A stretch of 64,000 nucleotides of DNA, from positions 406,606 through 470,605 of the forward strand of contig JBFWMA010000002.1 of the NCBI GenBank assembly GCA_050251875.1, written 5' to 3'. Both the position numbers and the translations under genes were made by a program. Shown one piece after another: positions 9,836 to 17,776 of the stretch (position 1 is its first letter; each line of letters opens with the position of its first letter). The DNA is from Deferribacterales bacterium (GTDB lineage Bacteria; Chrysiogenota; Deferribacteres; Deferribacterales; Geovibrionaceae). The notes below the pieces were generated by a model, which had not been told where the DNA came from, searched no databases, and worked only from the letters and a program-made list of their open reading frames with translations.

Positions 9836-9909
9836 GGGCGATTAGCTCATTTGGATAGAGTGCAGGCCTCCGAAGCCTGAGGTAGCGGGTTCGAATCCCG
9901 CATCGCCCG
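9836..9909 (+). tRNA. tRNA-Arg(CCG)
   Basis: Acceptor GGGCGAT/ATCGCCC, anticodon arm CAGGC-CTCCGAA-GCCTG, T-loop TTCGAAT; CCA not encoded. Confidence 0.96.
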
Positions 9910-9986
9910 TATATACATCAATAAGTTGCGCTATTTTTGCAGTGTGCCAAATTTCCATTCAACACAGGACACATCTCAGAAAGTTC

Positions 9987-10271
9987 TTATTTTATAGCTA
10001 TTTTGAGTTCACTACCGACAGCCTGAGCATACTTTAAAAGTGTCTGGATGCTTGGTGAGTTCTTAGAATTAACACTCTCAAGCCTACAAACAGCACTCTT
10101 TGTTGTACCCATGCGCTGTGCGACCTCTTCCTGTGTCAGCCCTGCTTTCATTCTAGCATTTATTAACTGTCCCCTAAGCTCGTACTCAGGAGCAAGTCTG
10201 TCGTATTCTGATTTTACTTCTGGCTTAGAAAGTGCTTTCTGCTTGAATTCACTAAAATTAACTCTGGACAT
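9987..10271 (-). CDS. XRE-family HTH antitoxin (HigA-like)
   Basis: ARMKAGLTQEEVAQRMGTTKSAVCRLES..PSIQTL; overlaps the upstream toxin gene. Confidence 0.88.
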   Translation of the reverse strand: MSRVNFSEFKQKALSKPEVKSEYDRLAPEYELRGQLINARMKAGLTQEEVAQRMGTTKSAVCRLESVNSKNSPSIQTLLKYAQAVGSELKIAIK

Positions 10272-10596
10272 CGTTTACCTCCTTCATACGTTCTAAGGCT
10301 ATCTTTATTTCTTTCTGCGGTGTTTTCTCAGTTTTCTTAACAAAACTATGCAGGATTATTATTTTTCTACCAACAGTGTAACAGTACAAAGAACGCCCTA
10401 TTCCCGATGCGGCTTTTGCTCTTATCTCAAAAAGCCCTTTATGCCCTGTCATCGGCTTTGTATAATGCCGACCAACACCTATTCCATGTTCCTGAATCAA
10501 CTCCATAACATGAAGCAAATCAGCAAGAATATCATGAGGAAGGTCTAACGTTTCCTGTTCGACTGTTTCATTGAGAAATTCGATTTCAAACTTCAT
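10258..10596 (-). CDS. RelE/ParE superfamily toxin (HigB/Gp49-like)
   Basis: GLFEIR...R.LY...IIILHSFVKKTEKTP..EI..A..R; toxin-first gene order. Confidence 0.88.
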   Translation of the reverse strand: MKFEIEFLNETVEQETLDLPHDILADLLHVMELIQEHGIGVGRHYTKPMTGHKGLFEIRAKAASGIGRSLYCYTVGRKIIILHSFVKKTEKTPQKEIKIALERMKEVNDVQS

Positions 10597-10602
10597 AAAT
10601 CT

Positions 10603-10630
10603 AAGTTAGCATATTTGATAACTTTCGCAA
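10603..10630 (-). promoter_or_regulatory. higBA promoter with inverted-repeat operator
   Basis: TTGCGA-16 bp-TAACTT on the minus strand; dyad AAGTTAgCA...TGaTAACTT at 10603-10624. Confidence 0.65.
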
Positions 10631-10658
10631 GACAAAAACTCTGTAATATGTATAGTTG

Positions 10659-10679
10659 TTTGAATCCAGCATCGCCCGT
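10659..10679 (+). repeat. Degenerate direct repeat of the tRNA-Arg 3' end (att-like)
   Basis: TTTGAATCCAGCATCGCCCGT vs TTCGAATCCCGCATCGCCCGT at 9890-9910, 19/21 identical. Confidence 0.8.
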
Positions 10680-10690
10680 TAATTTGCTAT

Positions 10691-11407
10691 TTATATGGCA
10701 ATTACTTTATCAGTATGAAGTAGAATATAAACCTTATTAAACTGATACTTATTTAATTTAGATAAATCATCGGTAATATTCGCTTTCCCTGAATTTAATA
10801 CTTTATTAAAGACAATAAGTAATCTCACATCACCATTATAATGATTATTAGAGCTGTATTTAAAATATTTCTTATTTTTATCATCAATTATTTTTTGAAT
10901 GTAGCTTGTATCTATGTTCCTTACCCATCCACAACAATCACTGAGGCTCATCCACCTTCTGTACCCTGCGAAAACATCAGGTATCCTACATATGTATAGC
11001 TTAATCTTACCCCACATAACTTCAACTCTGTCATATGGCTTGGATATATTGTGATTAACCAGCTTTTCAACAATTTCATCAATCAGATCTTTACTTAATT
11101 CTCCATATATTTTAACGTTTATTGGAATTTCGTTACGCTCATAATACATCTCTGCGAGTTGATTAATCAGTTTAGTAGTTTCGCTTTCATTTCTTTTAAG
11201 AGCTGAAGCGTTTTGATACCTTTCTCCTTCATCAATAAAAGCAAACCTAACTTCAAGTCCAAAGAATTTTTCTTCACTAACCTTTATAGTAAGATCAGGC
11301 AAATTCTCTTCATCTAAATTCCCGCAAATCATCCAGTTTTCATTTAATTGGATAGATGTTTGTTCAGCATAATATAGCTCAAAGTTTTTTTGTTTAGTTG
11401 TAGTCAT
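10691..11407 (-). CDS. Hypothetical protein, possible PD-(D/E)xK nuclease fold
   Basis: AT-rich 238-aa ORF with E.LPDL...FGLEV motif. Confidence 0.55.
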   Translation of the reverse strand: MTTTKQKNFELYYAEQTSIQLNENWMICGNLDEENLPDLTIKVSEEKFFGLEVRFAFIDEGERYQNASALKRNESETTKLINQLAEMYYERNEIPINVKIYGELSKDLIDEIVEKLVNHNISKPYDRVEVMWGKIKLYICRIPDVFAGYRRWMSLSDCCGWVRNIDTSYIQKIIDDKNKKYFKYSSNNHYNGDVRLLIVFNKVLNSGKANITDDLSKLNKYQFNKVYILLHTDKVIAI

Positions 11408-11434
11408 AACACTCTGAAATATTTGTCAATAATA

Positions 11435-11743
11435 TCATTTGTTAAGCCTTTTCATTGCTGACTTATAAACAGCCAAGTCCTCACGTTTATCAATAGACAC
11501 GACAATAACGACAAGTTTATCGTCCTGAACATAATAAACTAGGCGATACCCCTGTTTTCTGAGTTTGATTTTATAGCAAAACTTTAAATCGCCGTGCAAT
11601 TCTGAACCGGGTGTGTGCGGGTTGATAAGCCTTTTCTTTAACGCTTTACGAAGAACTTCCTTAACACTGCCGTCCAGATTATTCCACTCTTCCAGCGCTT
11701 CAGACAAGAACTTAAGCGTGTATTGACTGTCAGATGTCGTCAA
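11435..11743 (-). CDS. RelE/StbE family mRNA interferase toxin
   Basis: Y.L.F..EAL.EW..LD, YKIKLR..GYRLVY.V.D. Confidence 0.92.
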   Translation of the reverse strand: MTTSDSQYTLKFLSEALEEWNNLDGSVKEVLRKALKKRLINPHTPGSELHGDLKFCYKIKLRKQGYRLVYYVQDDKLVVIVVSIDKREDLAVYKSAMKRLNK

Positions 11744-11981
11744 TGTCTACCTCAACGGCAGAGGAGAGATTTTCAAGTCTGGTTCTGACTTTTTCGACAA
11801 GTTCTTTGTCTGAAATCTCTTCAAGCATAGCCTCGAACACTTTCGGGCTAACCATATAGAAAGCAGGACGGTTATGGCTGAGAACAGCCACAGGTTTTTC
11901 TCCTGCGTTTCTAATGACCTCCGCTGGATTCTTTTTAAATTCTGATATACTTACAGAGTAGTCAGCTAAAATTGATTCCAT
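11730..11981 (-). CDS. Phd/YefM family antitoxin (YafN/StbD-like)
   Basis: SISEFKKNP...PVAVLSHNRPAFY; overlaps relE. Confidence 0.92.
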   Translation of the reverse strand: MESILADYSVSISEFKKNPAEVIRNAGEKPVAVLSHNRPAFYMVSPKVFEAMLEEISDKELVEKVRTRLENLSSAVEVDIDDI

Positions 11982-12011
11982 TTAAGCCTCCATTTTATAT
12001 CTAAATATAGA

Positions 12012-12032
12012 GCTTAATAAAGATTCTTGCAA
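12012..12032 (-). promoter_or_regulatory. Promoter region of the antitoxin-relE operon (approximate coordinates)
   Basis: Minus strand TTGCAA-17 bp-TATATT, then SD GGAGG before ATG 11981. Confidence 0.5.
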
Positions 12033-12314
12033 GTATATTCACTGGCACTCTCGAATGAGCCTAATAAACCTCTGTGCGCTCATAACTAATAAAAATAGTA
12101 ACTTCCGATGTCGTTCTCACGATAATTTTATTATAAAATTTCATAATTATACAAGCAAGTTATGCTTCATACAGAATCTCTCATCTTAGTAAAAAATATT
12201 ATTAATTCATATCAATAGTTTTAAGCGTATTCTAAAAATTTAGTAAAAAATCGCAACGTAAAACTAATCCTCCGGTGTTACTATTGTGTTAAGTATTTTT
12301 TCAGGAGGATAACC

Positions 12315-12791
12315 ATGTCACTAAATATGCTTATAGGAATTGACTTCACACTGCTCGGGGCAGATCTTAACGCCGGATATATGAAAACAGAAAACGGCTA
12401 CAAAATTTATCTCGTACAGCCTGATTCCGGCGGCAACGAAGCCATATCAATAGCAAAACTGGTTGAAGACGTAAAAACCCTCGTGGGCGGAACTGTTCCG
12501 GAAGGTCTGTCCGAAAAAGCTATTCAGGATAAAATAAGCGCCGCCGGAGACGGCAAAGGCTCAAAAATCGATTTTACCAAGCTCCGCATAAAACTCACCG
12601 CCATCTATCTGAAAGTGTCAAAGGAAGGCGAAACCACCAACGCTGATTACGCTTTCAGATTTGATATTCTGGCAGACGGTATCATTCCCGAATCTATAAA
12701 AGTAGTTAATATCACCAGCGTAACCATTGCGGTATGGAACACTACCAACGAGAAAGTACTCCAACAGCTGGCAATATCCGCGGATATCTGA
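12315..12791 (+). CDS. Hypothetical protein, 158 aa, beta-rich; first gene of the orphan operon
   Basis: Strong SD AGGAGG; no signal peptide or recognisable family. Confidence 0.8.
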   Translation: MSLNMLIGIDFTLLGADLNAGYMKTENGYKIYLVQPDSGGNEAISIAKLVEDVKTLVGGTVPEGLSEKAIQDKISAAGDGKGSKIDFTKLRIKLTAIYLKVSKEGETTNADYAFRFDILADGIIPESIKVVNITSVTIAVWNTTNEKVLQQLAISADI

Positions 12792-12792
12792 A

Positions 12793-15700
12793 ATGCCTGA
12801 TAAACCGGTATCAATGATGCTGGGAATAAGGGGAGCCGTATGCGGCTTCCCTCTTCTGGCGAGCATTAAAAGCGTTAACGGTGAAATAGCGTGGTCCGGC
12901 AAGGTTTTCATACGCAACAGCCCTATTACCTCGCTCATGCCTTTCATAGGTGATTCTGCCGGAGGAAGCGTATTTAAACAGTATTCAGACAGCGTTATCA
13001 AAAATATTAACTGCGAAATCGATATATTTCACAACAGCAAAGGCAGCGGCTTCAGGTTTGACGGCGACATACTGAATATCAGCGCCCTGAAATCCGGAAA
13101 CAGTTCAGCCATCCTGCTGAAAATCAACGAAAACAGCAAAACGGAAGGCGCTGACATCGGCAAACTGTTCGACACCATAAAACTGGTAAAAAGTCACCTG
13201 AACATATCAGACCTCTTCGTCATGTTCCGCTCCGGCAGGGAAATTCATATATCCGACCTCTCGTCTCTGGCGAAAACAGCAAAACCGCCTTCAGACGCTG
13301 ACATTTACGACATCATGGTATACGGCAGATTTGTATTTGACGGTAAAAATATAGTCTCTCAGGCATTTAAAGAGATTTTCGGCATTGCGGAACTCACTCT
13401 TTTTCTGGGCGCAGACACCACAGGCACAGGAAAATTCGCCTGTATGCTGGTAATGCCCGAGATATCCGGAAAGCTCATCTCCACTCAGGATTTTTATCTG
13501 AAAGCTGAATTCAGCAACGGCGTAAACTTCACAGTCAGCGGCACCTTTCAGATCAACGCGTCCTTTCTCAGCGGGGTAAAATTCAGAGCCAACAGCAGTT
13601 TTTCTCCGACAGGATTTCTCATTGCCGGAGAGATGCTTACAGATGCCCCCATAAAGATCAGCGAAGGGATATCTCTGGGCGGCATAGTGCTGAGCATCGG
13701 TTTTGAAAAAGGTGTCTCTGTCGGCTTTATATCAACACTCTACATCCGCAAACTGTCCGTGTTTTCCGCTATGGCGCTGGAAATAATGGGGGAAGCGGTC
13801 AACCCTCTCCTGCTCTGCGCCGCTCTCAATAAACTCTCTATCCCTGATTTATTCGAAAATCTCACAGGTATAAGCATCCCAGAGATGCGTGTGCTTGACT
13901 TCATACAGATAAACGGATTCGGCATTGACATCTCAAAACCTTTTGACGTTGCGAAAATCGCTAAGAACGATACCAATTACGCAGTGAGCCATTTCTCAGA
14001 AGCGGTAGCAGACAAAAACCTCGCACTGTCGCAGGGCAATGTAAAAATCCAGCCGTTCGGCGGCGGCTATATGCTCACAGATACAGCGAAAATGCGTCTC
14101 TTCACCATCAGCGCCGAGGGCAAATTACAGCTTAACGCCCAGTTCTATTTCTCAGACGTGATCGGTGAGAAACAGTTCGGCAGTTATAAAGTGAGCGCCG
14201 GGATATTTGTCAGCGGGGTTGTGAGTGTTTTCGATATCAGGTTCGCCCTGCTCATATCCTACCGGGTGAATGACGGTCTGGTGGCGTTCGCCAAAATAGA
14301 CGCTTTCGATATAAAGATCGGCGGGTTCAGCCTGTGCAAAATATCCGGATCAAAGGCGAAACAGGATCTGATCCCCTTGCCGGAGAAAAGCATCGTCAAA
14401 CAGTTCATACAGAACAAAAATGACGGAGTGGTCTTCTTTCTCTCAGCGGGCAGGAAAGACATTCAGTTCTATTTCGACGGCAGGATTGAGCTTCTCGGCG
14501 GACTGATAAGTCTGGAATCACGGCTGATGTTTATCAGCGGAAATATCTCTCTGTACGCCTCCATCAATTTTCTGAATATCTTTAAGGCTACCATAAAGAT
14601 CGAGGCTCAATACTCTAACTTCGCTAAAGCAAATTTCTCATTTCTCATATCCATCGATACAAGCGGTCTGGAAAATTTACTGAAAGGTGTCACAGACAGG
14701 ATAAACAGGGCTATCGAAAACCTGCGCAACAGTATTCAGGGCGCTCAGAAATCACTGGACAGCGCACAGCAGAACGTTAATTCGCTGAACCAGCAGATAA
14801 ACAATTTTAACGGTATGATTCAGGGCTGTATAAACGCCATAAACTCCGCCAGCTGGCTGACAAAAGCGTTTGTGGCGATAGCAAAAGGAGCGGAAATAGC
14901 CGCTTATGAGATAGCGAAAGCGGGAATCTATGTGGCTATAGGCACCGCCACCGCCGCTCTGGAGATAGCGAAAGCGGCTGTTAGTCTGGCGGGAAAAATC
15001 AGCGAAGAGGTTCTTCAGCTGGTTAACGGAGTCATCACAGCGGCCGCCTCCCTGCTGATGATACATAAAATGGAGATAACAGCCTATGTCTCGCCCGGAC
15101 AGCAGACGTTCAAAGCGTCTATAAGTTTCAGAGCCATAGGCAAGGAATACAACATCGAGACAGAGTTCAAGCACGGAATCAGTGCCGATTCGCTGAAAAA
15201 CAGCGCAACCGACAGCATGAACAGCACAATGGAGAGCGATCTCCAGTCACTGGAAAAAGGTCAGCCCGCCAGAAGACTGAAGGCGCTGAAATTTCAGATT
15301 CCGGATCATGAACAACAGAAATCCAGTCTGGCAAACGCCATCGATGTATTGCAGAACGCCGGACACATAATGAACTATATGCAGGCGGAATATAAAAACG
15401 AATTCGGAGAGGATTTCTCAGGATTTCAGGAGCTCAGGCGGTCTTTCGCGGATACTCTGTCTCTGGTTAACCAGTCAATGCAGACCACAGGCAGAGCTGT
15501 CGACATCGCCTCTCTGGAACAAACAGTAAACGGAATGAACGGTCTGCTGGACACCAGAGACGATCTCACCGACAGCGACAGAGCGAATATCAGCGGCGCG
15601 TCAGAAACGTATATCCGTCTGAAAGAACTGCACGACAGTGTCAGCCAGGCTATGCCCACCGTGGAACAGGTTATGCAGGACGCTGATAACGTCAGCCCGG

Positions 15701-15957
15701 TGTTTATAAGAGCAACGAGAGCCAAAACTATGAAGCCGGAGAAGAGCATGCCGGCATACATGCAGAAACTCGCCGATGAAATACAAAGAAGGTTTTATAC
15801 CCCGCAAGACAACGGATATATCAATCTGGCAAAAGAACCGGTGGTAATCAACAGCATAAACGAAACCATCGAACAGTTTGGCGGACAACCGGCCCCACGG
15901 GCAAGAGCCAGAATGAAAAGAACCATAGAAGACGCCTACACCCCCAGAATAAGCTAG
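12793..15957 (+). CDS. Large hypothetical protein (1054 aa): beta-rich N-terminal part, coiled coil, Ala-rich hydrophobic helices, helical tail
   Basis: Long ORF; ATG 1 bp after the upstream TGA; amphipathic beta-strand pattern then Q/N-rich heptads. Confidence 0.8.
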   Translation: MPDKPVSMMLGIRGAVCGFPLLASIKSVNGEIAWSGKVFIRNSPITSLMPFIGDSAGGSVFKQYSDSVIKNINCEIDIFHNSKGSGFRFDGDILNISALKSGNSSAILLKINENSKTEGADIGKLFDTIKLVKSHLNISDLFVMFRSGREIHISDLSSLAKTAKPPSDADIYDIMVYGRFVFDGKNIVSQAFKEIFGIAELTLFLGADTTGTGKFACMLVMPEISGKLISTQDFYLKAEFSNGVNFTVSGTFQINASFLSGVKFRANSSFSPTGFLIAGEMLTDAPIKISEGISLGGIVLSIGFEKGVSVGFISTLYIRKLSVFSAMALEIMGEAVNPLLLCAALNKLSIPDLFENLTGISIPEMRVLDFIQINGFGIDISKPFDVAKIAKNDTNYAVSHFSEAVADKNLALSQGNVKIQPFGGGYMLTDTAKMRLFTISAEGKLQLNAQFYFSDVIGEKQFGSYKVSAGIFVSGVVSVFDIRFALLISYRVNDGLVAFAKIDAFDIKIGGFSLCKISGSKAKQDLIPLPEKSIVKQFIQNKNDGVVFFLSAGRKDIQFYFDGRIELLGGLISLESRLMFISGNISLYASINFLNIFKATIKIEAQYSNFAKANFSFLISIDTSGLENLLKGVTDRINRAIENLRNSIQGAQKSLDSAQQNVNSLNQQINNFNGMIQGCINAINSASWLTKAFVAIAKGAEIAAYEIAKAGIYVAIGTATAALEIAKAAVSLAGKISEEVLQLVNGVITAAASLLMIHKMEITAYVSPGQQTFKASISFRAIGKEYNIETEFKHGISADSLKNSATDSMNSTMESDLQSLEKGQPARRLKALKFQIPDHEQQKSSLANAIDVLQNAGHIMNYMQAEYKNEFGEDFSGFQELRRSFADTLSLVNQSMQTTGRAVDIASLEQTVNGMNGLLDTRDDLTDSDRANISGASETYIRLKELHDSVSQAMPTVEQVMQDADNVSPVFIRATRAKTMKPEKSMPAYMQKLADEIQRRFYTPQDNGYINLAKEPVVINSINETIEQFGGQPAPRARARMKRTIEDAYTPRIS

Positions 15958-15970
15958 ACGGAGGACGCCA

Positions 15971-16672
15971 ATGATAGGAATAAACCTGAATGGTGAATAT
16001 GTGACTTTTCCCGATCCCAGATATTTTACTCCTGAAACTCAGCGCAGGTTTGCGTGTGAAGCCGGAGAAGCAATATGTCACAGATTCAGTTATAACGGGA
16101 TTGAGAAAGCGCTTTGTTTTAACATGACACACTTCGACAAGAATACTCTTCAAGCTCTTTTTTCAGCAGTAACAGACGATAACCCACCAGATGCAGGTAA
16201 TATCAATGAAGCCATGGACTTGTTGATGGATACAGATTGGTCGAACGTAATAATTCTGAACAATATACTCAATATTCTGAACAACTGTCAGTTCAACCTG
16301 AAAAAAGGAGACGCCTCATGGAACAGCTCTGTGGGCAACGCTTTTGATCCTTATGAATGGTTTTATCAGGAAAATGAAAGGATTTACTCAAAATATGACG
16401 AAACAAAGAGACCGCCTGTACCGTTATTGCCCCATGACGGGTTTTATCTGACAAATGAAAATGACGGCAGACTGCTGCATAAACTGCTGAACGGAGTCCC
16501 GACATATCCTCAAGACAGCATCGGCATCTTCATGGCTGTGCGGACTGAAGATGAGTATAATTTTATCTACAGCTCATCAAACAAGATACCTTTTATCAAT
16601 GAATCCGCCTCAGAACGTTTGTCCGCAAGTGTTTTTTATCTGTTCAACGGAGAATGGTTTGCATTCAATTAA
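15971..16672 (+). CDS. Hypothetical protein, possible HNH/beta-beta-alpha-metal-like nuclease
   Basis: SD GGAGG; ICHRFSY ... NLKKGDASWNSSVG motif; function speculative. Confidence 0.6.
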   Translation: MIGINLNGEYVTFPDPRYFTPETQRRFACEAGEAICHRFSYNGIEKALCFNMTHFDKNTLQALFSAVTDDNPPDAGNINEAMDLLMDTDWSNVIILNNILNILNNCQFNLKKGDASWNSSVGNAFDPYEWFYQENERIYSKYDETKRPPVPLLPHDGFYLTNENDGRLLHKLLNGVPTYPQDSIGIFMAVRTEDEYNFIYSSSNKIPFINESASERLSASVFYLFNGEWFAFN

Positions 16673-16690
16673 TAACAAGAGGAATACATT

Positions 16691-17746
16691 ATGAATTTTA
16701 CTGACAAAAAGATTGGTCTCGCCCTTTCGGGCGGCGGGGTAAGAGCCATGGCATTTCACGCAGGTCTGCTGAAATATCTGGCGGAAAACAAACTGTTGGC
16801 GCAGGTGACAAATATCTCTTCTGTTTCCGGCGGCAGTCTCTTTACCGGGCTGGTGTTTCATTCCGCCGGCAACAAATGGCCGGGTGACACAGAATACATC
16901 AATATTGTCATGCCGAAGATAAAAAAGCTGATGACGACAGCCTCTCTGCAAAAATCCAGCATGTTGGACCTGCTGAAACCCTCTAACTGGAAAAATATTC
17001 TGAACAGAGGAGAAGTTATCGCCCAGACGATAGAATCCCTTTGGGGGGTAAAATCCGTTCTGTCAGACCTGCCGGAAACACCCGTGTGGACTATCAACGG
17101 CACAACCGGAGAGAACGGACGCAGATTCCGTTTTAAAAAAGGCACAATGGGAGACTATAAAACCGGATACGCAGAGGCAAAAGATTTTAAAACAGCAAAA
17201 GCAATGGCTGTTTCAGCGGCTTTTCCCATAGGAATCGGACCCATAGAGATAGAAACAGGCAAGTATTCATGGGAAAAACAGACAGGATGGAACACAGGGA
17301 TAGTTGAAAAAGTAGTCCCGCCTTATAAAAAAATGCACATATATGACGGCGGGTTATACGACAACCTCGGTTCTGAGTCTTTTTATGACGTTGGAGAACA
17401 AAAAGTTAAATCAAGCGCAAAAAATCTCGATTTCATAATAATATCTGACGCCGGAACACCTTTTGATGATAAACCGCTTCCCGACCCGCTCTCTTTCGGC
17501 AGAGCAGGCAATCTGGTTAACATTCTCATGGATCAGGACAGGTCTCTTCGTGTCAGATCTTTCCAGAACTTTTTAAAAACTCACGAAAACGCCGGAATAT
17601 ATATGTCGCTGGGCGACAACGTACGCGACATGACAAAGGAAGAGATTAAAGTAGCTCAAAACTACCCCACTACACTGGAAAAAATGACTGAAAAGGATTT
17701 TGACATACTGGCTAAATACGGACATCAGGCAGCGTCTCTGAACTAA
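16691..17746 (+). CDS. Patatin-like phospholipase
   Basis: LALSGGGVRA oxyanion loop, SSVSGG nucleophile, SAAFP, YDGGLYDN catalytic Asp. Confidence 0.92.
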   Translation: MNFTDKKIGLALSGGGVRAMAFHAGLLKYLAENKLLAQVTNISSVSGGSLFTGLVFHSAGNKWPGDTEYINIVMPKIKKLMTTASLQKSSMLDLLKPSNWKNILNRGEVIAQTIESLWGVKSVLSDLPETPVWTINGTTGENGRRFRFKKGTMGDYKTGYAEAKDFKTAKAMAVSAAFPIGIGPIEIETGKYSWEKQTGWNTGIVEKVVPPYKKMHIYDGGLYDNLGSESFYDVGEQKVKSSAKNLDFIIISDAGTPFDDKPLPDPLSFGRAGNLVNILMDQDRSLRVRSFQNFLKTHENAGIYMSLGDNVRDMTKEEIKVAQNYPTTLEKMTEKDFDILAKYGHQAASLN

Positions 17747-17748
17747 AT

Positions 17749-17772
17749 CGGTGCGGGGCAAAACCCGCACCG
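17749..17772. terminator. GC-rich hairpin between convergent genes
   Basis: CGGTGCGGG-gcaaaa-CCCGCACCG perfect 9-bp stem; weak U-tract. Confidence 0.6.
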
Positions 17773-17776
17773 CATA

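Larger units (their letters stand above)
9890..17772. mobile_element. Integrase-less accessory islet at tRNA-Arg; right boundary uncertain
   Basis: Begins at the tRNA 3' end; visibly AT-rich from 9.9 to 12.3 kb; two TA pairs, orphan genes and an att-like repeat; no integrase seen. Confidence 0.55.

Noticed and set aside
9915..9955. GTGTGCCAAATTT as an integrase arm-site remnant
   Set aside because: Single unrepeated copy and no integrase; cannot be supported
12043..12058. TGGCAC as a sigma54 promoter for the orphan operon
   Set aside because: No GC at the -12 position (GG-N10-TG)
12124..12140. Perfect palindrome AATTTTAT-T-ATAAAATT upstream of the operon
   Set aside because: All A/T in an AT-rich spacer; too likely by chance to call an operator
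12727..12795. Possible +1 frameshift fusing the 158-aa and 1054-aa ORFs
   Set aside because: The overlap of open frames is short, I saw no slippery site, and an ATG 1 bp after the stop is explained by translational coupling
16691..17746. CBASS system
   Set aside because: No recognisable CD-NTase, E1/E2 or JAB gene next to the patatin
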